Origin: a virus
Length of the DNA: 64,000 nt
Direction: 5' to 3' (one strand)
IMG/VR virus record: IMGVR_UViG_3300021440_000015
Span: 1-64,000 of that record
The position numbers and the translations under genes are program-made. This document shows, one piece after another, positions 56,567 through 64,000 of the stretch. The notes beneath the pieces were generated by a model that had not been told where the DNA came from, ran no database searches, and was given only the letters and a program-made list of their open reading frames with translations. Positions within the stretch are counted from its first letter, which is position 1, and every line of letters starts with the position of its first letter.

Positions 56567-56592
56567 CTCATTTACTGAAAAGAACAAACATC

Positions 56593-56922
56593 ATGAGTCA
56601 AGATTATTTTAAACCAAGAGAAGAAAACGAAATAGACCTAGTGGCAGAAGTTCGACAAATATTGCTAACGAACGGTTTAGGACAATCTATAGATGCCTAT
56701 GACAACAATCGATTTATCACAGAAGCTGCAGACAAATGCTCATCTGTTCAGCGCTTTCAGTTAAATCGTTATTTCAGCATGCAGTTGATTATGGCAACAG
56801 CTGATTCCACTGAAGAAAGATTCTGTCTTATTCCTAACGGAGATGTATCAGATTGGCTGTCTTTATTTAAAGCTAAGATATTGCCGTTTCTGATACAACA
56901 TAACCTTCCAAGATCTGTATAA
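56593..56922 (+). CDS. Hypothetical protein
   Basis: ORF; start moved out of the upstream hairpin to ATG 56593. Confidence 0.6.
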   Translation: MSQDYFKPREENEIDLVAEVRQILLTNGLGQSIDAYDNNRFITEAADKCSSVQRFQLNRYFSMQLIMATADSTEERFCLIPNGDVSDWLSLFKAKILPFLIQHNLPRSV

Positions 56923-56931
56923 GGCATAGAA

Positions 56932-57597
56932 ATGGCTAATAGAAAAGAAGCAGAATCGGTTATTATAACCTACATGGAAAAAATAGCTCCTGGTTCAGGT
57001 AATAGCCAAATCTATAAAAATATATTTGCAGCTATGACAGATGTGGACTTTGATAAATTTATCAAAGATCTAGAATCTGGTAAAAATTTCTTAGTCATTC
57101 AATTGCCTAACTTTCGTGAAACCGGAGTTACTATAGAGAATAACTTAGAAATAGCTGACGAACTGGAACATAATTTCTTTCAAAGAGTCTGGATACTCGG
57201 AAAGAAAGACACACCAGATCACATGTCACCAATAGAATCTTTGATATTAGACCTGCCTGTGAGAAGAGCATCTCAACTCCTTATTAAAAAGATATCTGTT
57301 CCTGATGATAGTAAAGTCGTAGACGCCATTACAGGACAACCAACTGGTGAGTCTAAAGGTGCTAAGTTATCTTATCCTGAATTACAGATATGCGCTGCTA
57401 TGGGGTTAGATAACTCAATGGTGGAGTTGATGAAGTATAGAGGTGGTGATAATAAAGGTCTAGTGGCCTTTAACGCTATGCTGAGTAAATACGGTCGTGT
57501 TAATTTAAAAAGCGTTGAGCCGTATTCCTCAGGCGTAGAGTCTACAAAGACCTTAAAAACTTTCTTAACATCCATGATGCTAAAGAGTACGTTGTGA
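56932..57597 (+). CDS. Virion RNA polymerase beta subunit, C-terminal part (phiKZ gp149-like)
   Basis: LPVRRASQ..KKIS, DAITGQPTG.SKG.KLSYPE, ELMKYRGGD; beta C-terminal QP..G motif. Confidence 0.8.
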   Translation: MANRKEAESVIITYMEKIAPGSGNSQIYKNIFAAMTDVDFDKFIKDLESGKNFLVIQLPNFRETGVTIENNLEIADELEHNFFQRVWILGKKDTPDHMSPIESLILDLPVRRASQLLIKKISVPDDSKVVDAITGQPTGESKGAKLSYPELQICAAMGLDNSMVELMKYRGGDNKGLVAFNAMLSKYGRVNLKSVEPYSSGVESTKTLKTFLTSMMLKSTL

Positions 57598-58280
57598 CTG
57601 AAAAAATAGCAAGACAAACAATCTTTACTGATTTAGATAGTTTACTAGATACCAGAGCTGGTTGTATATCTACATTTGGTAAAGATAGTCTAGAAACAAA
57701 TATAACACCTAGCTATTTTGACAGGTTGAGCGATAAGTTTCAAATAGAAGGTTATGGCGATAGATACAAGGCAAGAGATAAGTCCGTACTTAGTAACTCT
57801 TCACTGACACCTATCATAACTCTCATAATGGAATTCGTAGCCTCAACCTTACAAAATAATTTAAATTCACCACATGTTTTTAAACCAACAGTCATCATAA
57901 ATACATATCCTTATGTTTTAAACGATGAAGAATCTAATTTAGTTATAAGAATCATCGTAAATAAGACAAAAGAACATGCTGATGTACAGTTAGTGTTTAT
58001 GGATTATGATGAGCTAACGCCTGCATACGTGAGAAACAATGTGTCTCTTATGGTCATGTATGATGGTGTTAATTGGTTGGACACGCAGGCCGATGCTGGC
58101 AGATTTAATAAAAAAGCCTGTCCAGAAGTAGGTTTGATTGTACCGGCTATAGGCACAGGACCGGATCCTAAAATGGATAAAAATCCTTTTGAGATCATGG
58201 AAACTATAACAGCACCTATAATAGGGTTAAAGTTTTTACCTGTTGAGTCTTTCTCTCTTTTACTGAATCCGTTTAAATAA
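57594..58280 (+). CDS. Conserved jumbo-phage protein
   Basis: DLDSLLDTR, INTYPY. Confidence 0.6.
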   Translation: MTEKIARQTIFTDLDSLLDTRAGCISTFGKDSLETNITPSYFDRLSDKFQIEGYGDRYKARDKSVLSNSSLTPIITLIMEFVASTLQNNLNSPHVFKPTVIINTYPYVLNDEESNLVIRIIVNKTKEHADVQLVFMDYDELTPAYVRNNVSLMVMYDGVNWLDTQADAGRFNKKACPEVGLIVPAIGTGPDPKMDKNPFEIMETITAPIIGLKFLPVESFSLLLNPFK

Positions 58281-58322
58281 ACAATCCCATACTGCTCTTC
58301 AAAGAGCAGTATGGAGTTGATT

Positions 58323-58715
58323 TTAATTTGGCTTTGTGAAAGTTTCGTAATCTAAGTTACTAGAATCCTGATCGGTTTCACCCAATACTTTATCAGTAAC
58401 CTGATGTTTCTGATCAATGACGGGCGCCTCTCTTTGACTATCTGGTAGTCTAGCTGTGGTTCTGATGAGAATTTCTGAAAGACTTTTAGCAACAGCCTCT
58501 TGAGTCTTTTGACCATTGTCATCTGTTTTGATCTTAGCTTTACCTAAGATAGTAGCATCCATGGTTTCCATGATCTTTAAAAGAAAATACCTGTCTTTAG
58601 GATTTTCAGGCATGGCTCCTTTCTTAGTAAGTTCTCTGATCATGTCTTCTCTTAGAGAAAGACCTAATTCTAACCTACGCTTATCATCAGGATCTAATAC
58701 ATCTTCAGATGCCAT
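58323..58715 (-). CDS. Hypothetical protein
   Basis: 130-aa ORF; hairpin ccatactgctc...gagcagtatgg downstream. Confidence 0.6.
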   Translation of the reverse strand: MASEDVLDPDDKRRLELGLSLREDMIRELTKKGAMPENPKDRYFLLKIMETMDATILGKAKIKTDDNGQKTQEAVAKSLSEILIRTTARLPDSQREAPVIDQKHQVTDKVLGETDQDSSNLDYETFTKPN

Positions 58716-58742
58716 GTATGGCCCCTTTCTTTAATTAGTAAA

Positions 58743-58762
58743 GTAACATATATTTTAGTTGA
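58743..58762 (+). promoter_or_regulatory. Putative early promoter without structured leader
   Basis: gtaacatatattttagttga at the head of a 4-gene operon. Confidence 0.45.
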
Positions 58763-58793
58763 GTCGACCCACACTAACCATTCTGAGGATTCA

Positions 58794-59291
58794 ATGTTTC
58801 AAAAAATCAAATCATGGTTTCAAAAACCAAGAGAACCGACACAACAAGAAAAAACAACTAAACTTATTCGTAAACTAAAAAACTTGGATTACGGATTTGT
58901 TTATTCATCAGATTTAGCTTTGGTTAGACTTAATCTAGTCAAGAAAAATATTTCTGACTATATCAGTTATCTCAGAAAGATCAACAGGATGCTTTCAGGT
59001 AATGATGAAATCTATCCAAATTCTATTTCGAGTATTCGATATCAGATACAATTACCAGATTGGTTTATTGTAAAAGGTGGTTTTATTAACCCAAATGAAC
59101 AAATGGTTTTATTCTTAGAGGAAATAGAATCGTTCATGGATATTTATAACAAGCTTGATAATAATCATGCTCGTACCTATAATCAAGATCATAATCTGAA
59201 AATCGTGGGTAATATCTGCGGTGATCTTCTACTATTTATGAAAGATATTGAAAATGTCTGGAATCAATCCCTTCAGTCTGGATCTCAATAG
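58794..59291 (+). CDS. Hypothetical protein
   Basis: 165-aa ORF, gagga SD. Confidence 0.6.
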   Translation: MFQKIKSWFQKPREPTQQEKTTKLIRKLKNLDYGFVYSSDLALVRLNLVKKNISDYISYLRKINRMLSGNDEIYPNSISSIRYQIQLPDWFIVKGGFINPNEQMVLFLEEIESFMDIYNKLDNNHARTYNQDHNLKIVGNICGDLLLFMKDIENVWNQSLQSGSQ

Positions 59292-59991
59292 ACAAATTAA
59301 AACAGGTAGTGTTAACAATATGCTGACACGTCTCTTTATCGAGATGTTGAAAAACATGGGTGTTGACAGTATCATGTACGAGAACAGAATAGACCAGTAT
59401 ATAACGAATGCAGGTCTTCCCAAAAACATGAAGGAACTCAGTTCTGTTCGTGGTAATATCAAAAAAGAACTTGCCAAGTCATCTATGTCTTGGAAAGTGT
59501 TTTTGAAATCTATGGTTTTTCTGGGTGTCAAACAGTTTAATCTGTCTGTTACTTATAAGGACATAAATGATGTAATTAAAAATATCGAACAGCAACATAC
59601 TTTTGATTACAAAACCATTAACATGAAGTTGTTTGGCGGTACTGATAAAGAAAAAGACGATGTTGGAGAAACAAACGTTCTACATAGCCTTTATCAAAAA
59701 ATCCATCAGGACTTTGTTAATTCAGGTGTGACCGAACAGTCTATGGTCGTCAATTATGCTAAGAAAACTATGCTTAATAAAGACGAACGTGACCTGTCGG
59801 CTATAAAAGGCAGCATCAAGAAAGAAATTTCTCGTGGTAATATGACTTGGAGAGTCTTTATCAAAGGACTTTGTTTCTTGGGGATAGAACATTACGTCAT
59901 TGCTTTAGAAGTGATCAGGTTTGATAAAAGGGTGTTCCGAGTAGGTTTCCCTGTATCAATGACTGCCGCTGATATTGAAAATGACTACTGA
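59254..59991 (+). CDS. Hypothetical protein made of two tandem homologous domains
   Basis: RGNIKKELAKSSMSWKVFLKSMVFLG vs KGSIKKEISRGNMTWRVFIKGLCFLG. Confidence 0.65.
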   Translation: MSGINPFSLDLNRQIKTGSVNNMLTRLFIEMLKNMGVDSIMYENRIDQYITNAGLPKNMKELSSVRGNIKKELAKSSMSWKVFLKSMVFLGVKQFNLSVTYKDINDVIKNIEQQHTFDYKTINMKLFGGTDKEKDDVGETNVLHSLYQKIHQDFVNSGVTEQSMVVNYAKKTMLNKDERDLSAIKGSIKKEISRGNMTWRVFIKGLCFLGIEHYVIALEVIRFDKRVFRVGFPVSMTAADIENDY

Positions 59992-60000
59992 TGAAAATAT

Positions 60001-60543
60001 ATGTACAAATCAAACATAGTATCGGTACTCAACGCTGTTGACAGCAGTTGTGTCAAGCAACTCATTCTGTCAAAAACTGATAAAGATGCTGGGAATGTGT
60101 TAAATGAATTCTTTGAAATGGCTTTGGGATTCCAACCTTTTTATGCTTTCATGCCCACGCGACTAGCTCATTTCGTAGACAGGATTCATTCTGACTCTGC
60201 ATTGCGTGATTTTGTTTACAACACAGCTGAAAGTATGGTCTTCAAACTGAGATGTTTAAAAACATCTGAAGGTGTTGATGAGTACGCAGAGCTTGTTAAA
60301 ATAATAGCATCCATACCTTCAGTGGCAAGAGATCACAACAATCATCTTTCACCAGAAGCTTTTCTTTCGACCGTGGATATCGCCAGTAGATATCGAGACA
60401 TCACAGGCAGCAGCACATCCTCTTCTGTAAAGCTGCAAGCGTTTCTTTACGCCAATCCCATTATTGTGATGTTCTATGTGTTATCTCAACATGTAAATGA
60501 ACTTCAGACATTTAACGAAATCTACATCAAGGATAGAAAATAA
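60001..60543 (+). CDS. Hypothetical protein
   Basis: 180-aa ORF in operon. Confidence 0.6.
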   Translation: MYKSNIVSVLNAVDSSCVKQLILSKTDKDAGNVLNEFFEMALGFQPFYAFMPTRLAHFVDRIHSDSALRDFVYNTAESMVFKLRCLKTSEGVDEYAELVKIIASIPSVARDHNNHLSPEAFLSTVDIASRYRDITGSSTSSSVKLQAFLYANPIIVMFYVLSQHVNELQTFNEIYIKDRK

Positions 60544-60545
60544 TC

Positions 60546-61412
60546 ATGGCACAAAAATCTCTCTATGACGAACTTGTTCGTATTAAAAAAGCTCGGCTGA
60601 AGAACTCCGAATACGACAACAACAAACAATCAAGGTCTGGTTTTAGAGACAATCGTCGCTTTAATAATGAACCAGAATACATGAAACCTTTCAAAGATGT
60701 TATGTCTTTGCTCGGTGATGGTGTGGATCACATCAATGTCTGGACAGGCGCTGAAACAGATTTGGGCATGGTCTTGGATCACGCAGGTCCTTTGCCGCTT
60801 AATCATCACGTCTTTGGTTTCTTTGACAACATGACCAGCTTTTGGTTTTACCTACAGAGTGTGGAGCGTGATGACAGAATCCGCAGAATGACACCACAGG
60901 CTGCTTTTAAGTTCAGTAAAAAACTAACGTTTCAAAAGGTTCTGAATTTCAAAGCTATCATAGCTGATTCTAATTGGCAGCGGATTAAATCTAAACCAAT
61001 ATTGATGAATCTGCTTAAGAAATCGACGTTGCCATTTGACGCATATATGGTCAACCCAGAAACTGGTTTTAGAACAAGACCTGCATTCTTCGGTTGGTTG
61101 GTTTGGTCTTTTGAAGAGATTCGACGAGCCGTTAAAGAAGACCGCGAACCAAACTTCAACGAAATCATGGATCGTAAAGATTCTGATATTTATGATTTTG
61201 CTGTAAGACATCTTCAACATCCTAATAACAGCAGTGGTGAAAACCGTAAAAACACGGTGAGTGAAAATCTACTGAAGGATGAACATAGCAATTTGTATGA
61301 AAAGACTGAAGTCCCACAAAGTTACTCAGACGCAATTGAAGTAATTCCTGATTCAATTCCCGAAGTAGCTTTGGATAATAACCAGGCAACGCCTGTTGTT
61401 GTTCACAACTAA
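60546..61412 (+). CDS. Hypothetical protein, possibly NADAR-like fold
   Basis: DGVDHINVW...TDLG, HHVFGFF..MTSFWFYL, STLPFDAY. Confidence 0.5.
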   Translation: MAQKSLYDELVRIKKARLKNSEYDNNKQSRSGFRDNRRFNNEPEYMKPFKDVMSLLGDGVDHINVWTGAETDLGMVLDHAGPLPLNHHVFGFFDNMTSFWFYLQSVERDDRIRRMTPQAAFKFSKKLTFQKVLNFKAIIADSNWQRIKSKPILMNLLKKSTLPFDAYMVNPETGFRTRPAFFGWLVWSFEEIRRAVKEDREPNFNEIMDRKDSDIYDFAVRHLQHPNNSSGENRKNTVSENLLKDEHSNLYEKTEVPQSYSDAIEVIPDSIPEVALDNNQATPVVVHN

Positions 61413-61502
61413 GTCTTAAATCAGGTAAGAACGACAGGACCCTAGGGTCCTGTTTTTTTTTTCTGTTCGCAATCTTATAGTTGTTAAACAAAGGATTGAG
61501 AA

Positions 61503-62570
61503 ATGGCAATAGCTTCAAAACGTTTTTCCATTATAGGAGAAGAGACTAATTTAAGCATTACAGATATAAACGGTCTAGAAGATACGTTTATACGTAACGA
61601 CCCTGATGCTGATTACAGTGAAATAAGTGATGAGTTAGAAGAGTTTGTCCAGGATATGATGGACGAAGTACCTTTTGACTATGAAGATGCTATCGATGAA
61701 GCCACCAGAGCTACTAAAGATCTGATAGCTGATATGAAAGATGTGAATCTCTTAGATGTCAAAGAGATGGATAAGAGAGTACAGGATCTGTTTCCAGATA
61801 ACCCTGTAGCCAGGTCTGTGTTCACACAGATGTCTGACAAATGTAAGAGAGAGCCTCTTAGCATGCAAGGGTTGGGTAAACCTTATGACCCTAGTGTTTC
61901 TTGCAACGGTAGAAAAACCAATACTAAGAATAACAGCTGTAATGCAGGTAAGTATGGAGATATACTTAACAAGCTAACAGGTGGTGCTTATAATTCTTCT
62001 TATGAAGATTTGAACGCCATGTTGAAGAAAGCCATGGCTTTGGCTTCCTTCGGTTACAAAATGAACATGTGTGGTGTGTTCAATGCTGTTACCAAAGACA
62101 TGACCAACAAGCCTATGCTCTCCAGAGCCTCTGCTGGCCTTCTAGGCATGCTTAGCAAGTCTAGCAATAGCCTAGGTGCCCTAGACGTGATAGCGAGCTC
62201 TACAGGCTTATCTCCTTTAAGAGAATTACCTGGTGCTTTATCCATGACTCTATCCTCTTTCAAAATGCCATCTGGTATGAAGGAGTTTGATATGGCTGAG
62301 ATGTCCGATCGCATGATGGGTGGAGCTGAGTTGCTAGATGGTGAGTTTGACAGAAGTGAAGATATGTTATCAATCTCTGAGTTTGGAGAATACAACGAAG
62401 ATCTTTCAGATGTCATGACTGCCAGAAGAACAGCTATAGCTATCGATGAAGACAGTTTGGATTTTATACCTGATTCAGATCAAGTCTTTTTAAGTTCTGC
62501 TTATGAAGCTGCTGGAACAGATGACTTCTATAGTGATGCGGCTGGATTGGTGAGTGAGGATCTTTGGTGA
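61503..62570 (+). CDS. Acidic hypothetical protein
   Basis: 355 aa; D/E-rich termini; followed by an 18-bp-stem hairpin. Confidence 0.6.
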   Translation: MAIASKRFSIIGEETNLSITDINGLEDTFIRNDPDADYSEISDELEEFVQDMMDEVPFDYEDAIDEATRATKDLIADMKDVNLLDVKEMDKRVQDLFPDNPVARSVFTQMSDKCKREPLSMQGLGKPYDPSVSCNGRKTNTKNNSCNAGKYGDILNKLTGGAYNSSYEDLNAMLKKAMALASFGYKMNMCGVFNAVTKDMTNKPMLSRASAGLLGMLSKSSNSLGALDVIASSTGLSPLRELPGALSMTLSSFKMPSGMKEFDMAEMSDRMMGGAELLDGEFDRSEDMLSISEFGEYNEDLSDVMTARRTAIAIDEDSLDFIPDSDQVFLSSAYEAAGTDDFYSDAAGLVSEDLW

Positions 62571-62579
62571 AGGCTGAAT

Positions 62580-62619
62580 AAAAGTTTACACAGGGGATTT
62601 CCCCTGTGTAAACTTTTTT
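62580..62619 (+). terminator. Terminator whose 3' arm overlaps the cassette 7 promoter
   Basis: aaaagtttacacagggga tt tcccctgtgtaaactttt. Confidence 0.75.
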
Positions 62620-62638
62620 AGTCATATATATTCTATTT
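62607..62638 (+). promoter_or_regulatory. Putative early promoter, cassette 7
   Basis: tgtaaacttttttagtcatatatattctattt. Confidence 0.6.
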
Positions 62639-62696
62639 GAGCTATTACCAATGTTTAAGTTACACATCTGTAACACTATTGGTCAAGGAGATACTC
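62639..62696 (+). ncRNA. Conserved structured 5' leader, copy 7
   Basis: gagctatt accaatgt TTAA gttac acatct gtaac actattggt caagga gatactc ATG. Confidence 0.75.
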
Positions 62697-62909
62697 ATGA
62701 TTCAATTCAACAAAGAAAACATCATTGCTTTTGCAGTGGGCGCCGCAGCAATCACTGTTGTCGATGCTGCCTGTCGCGCAATCTACCGCGCGCGCAAAAA
62801 CAAAAAAGCTGCAGAAGCCACAAACAAAGCAGCTGCAAAAGAAGCTGGCGAAACAGCAACCACTGCTGGCGAAACAGCAGCGGCAGCCGCCGCAGCTGCT
62901 GCAACCTAA
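62697..62909 (+). CDS. 70-aa membrane-anchored Ala/Lys-rich protein (cassette 7 cargo)
   Basis: MIQFNKENIIAFAVGAAAITVVDAACRAIYRARKNKK...AAAAAAAAAT; aaggag SD. Confidence 0.7.
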   Translation: MIQFNKENIIAFAVGAAAITVVDAACRAIYRARKNKKAAEATNKAAAKEAGETATTAGETAAAAAAAAAT

Positions 62910-62921
62910 GTTGCTGCGGTC

Positions 62922-62957
62922 AAAAAAGACACCCTTTTTAGGGGTGTCTTTTTTTTT
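62922..62957. terminator. Bidirectional terminator
   Basis: aaaaaagacaccc ttttta ggggtgtc + T9. Confidence 0.8.
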
Positions 62958-62960
62958 GCT

Positions 62961-63998
62961 TTAAACGCGTGTTGCGTCTGTGGCTCCGCTTAAAATAGAT
63001 GAGTTACCAACTATACCTTCTAATATATTACCGACTAATGTCCATGACAGTGAACCAGATGTGGTTGTGTCATGTATTATAGAAGCCCATTCTGCTGAAG
63101 AAGTTAATCTATTAAGTCTGAGCATTTCTTTAGCCATTCTTAATTTAGCCTTAGGGAAGGAAAAGAACTGGCTGTAAAGATCTTGACCAGCGAGAACTGC
63201 TAAATAGTCATGCAGGATATTATCTTCATCTAAAGTCATCTCAACTGTACTTCCAAAAATACCTGATGCGGTTAAAGGCATATGCATAATAGAAGACAGA
63301 TCAACAACTGTAAAGCTTACATCAAGGGCCAGTGCAGTACCTTTTGTATTGAAAGGTAGATTAGACGTGCCTCTTGTTATAGTGAGGGATTCTATCATAC
63401 CTAGTTTAATTTGACATCTACCCCTGTCGTACAGCTGACAGATCATAGGGCTACCATAAGCTGCCCTGCCTACTGACATAGGTAATGTACCAGCTAATAG
63501 CATACACAAAGGTATGTATATGTTCTGCATTTGAGACATCACGTTTCCATAAGGACTTATGAGTTTTATTTTATAACTTCCTGATGGTAAACGAGCATTT
63601 GAATTTTGCCAGTGTTTGGGTATGTCTATATAACCAGCACTAGCCAGACCCATTAAGAAATTAGAAACACCGAAAGTCACGCTGCTGAGTCCGCCAGATA
63701 CCATATCGCCTATGGCTCCTGTTACACTCTTAGCCATATCAGTTATAGTAGAGCTTAACAGATTACCATCTGCCAACGAAAAACGTATGTCCCTTATACT
63801 AGATGCTGTGCCGTTTAGCGTAGAGGATATTTGAGATTCCACACTAACGTTAGAAAAAGATTCTGTGACACTCCCAGTATTATCTACTTTAAAGATAGCA
63901 AATTGGCTACCTTGTCTAAACTCAGCATTAAAATATTCAGCAAAACCAGCTGGTGGTTCTTTAACTTGACTATTTTCTTTGGATGATGAATCTATTCT
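62961..63998 (-). CDS. Virion structural (baseplate-type) protein, 5'-truncated by the window edge
   Basis: Frame open to the end of the window; IPKHWQNS, KLISPYGN, YGSP, ITRG, VVDLS. Confidence 0.6.
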   Translation of the reverse strand, partial: RIDSSSKENSQVKEPPAGFAEYFNAEFRQGSQFAIFKVDNTGSVTESFSNVSVESQISSTLNGTASSIRDIRFSLADGNLLSSTITDMAKSVTGAIGDMVSGGLSSVTFGVSNFLMGLASAGYIDIPKHWQNSNARLPSGSYKIKLISPYGNVMSQMQNIYIPLCMLLAGTLPMSVGRAAYGSPMICQLYDRGRCQIKLGMIESLTITRGTSNLPFNTKGTALALDVSFTVVDLSSIMHMPLTASGIFGSTVEMTLDEDNILHDYLAVLAGQDLYSQFFSFPKAKLRMAKEMLRLNRLTSSAEWASIIHDTTTSGSLSWTLVGNILEGIVGNSSILSGATDATRV

Positions 63999-64000
63999 AG

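Noticed and set aside
58761-58793. Further copies of the leader after promoters at 21557, 24514 and 58743
   Set aside because: At most a 4-5 bp closing stem (gagtc/gattc); no UUAA bulge or P3.
4318-62696. Dispersed repeats as a CRISPR array or integron attC sites
   Set aside because: Copies are kilobases apart with no repeat-spacer periodicity; no cas or integrase gene seen; G-U-rich sense-strand pairing and the embedded SD fit an RNA leader better than a DNA hairpin.
142-63177. Numerous short overlapping opposite-strand ORFs in the track
   Set aside because: Embedded in longer motif-bearing genes, with no SD or recognisable features.

Overview
This window is a segment of a phiKZ-like (nucleus-forming, Chimalliviridae-type) jumbo phage genome. 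The call rests on protein motifs and a gene order matching what I recall for phiKZ; no database search was run. Core genes include DnaB helicase, major capsid, non-virion RNAP beta subunit, portal, RuvC, spanins, three modular fibre proteins, baseplate spike, SbcC, RNase H, UvsX, a virion RNAP beta C-terminal subunit, thyA/DHFR and class Ia RNR. Selfish elements: two related group I introns (thyA, dnaB), a LAGLIDADG intein in nrdA, and a free-standing GIY-YIG gene bracketed by a duplicated terminator. The most striking feature is a dispersed family of seven plus-strand accessory-gene cassettes. Each has the same promoter-like motif, a ~58-nt 5' leader folding into a covarying three-stem hairpin (invariant GU-UUAA bulge, Shine-Dalgarno held in a second bulge, stem closing next to the AUG), a variable cargo ORF and, in six cases, a related terminator. 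An eighth, promoter-less copy of the leader core precedes an internal cistron, pointing to a translational function. No tRNA, rRNA or CRISPR array was seen.
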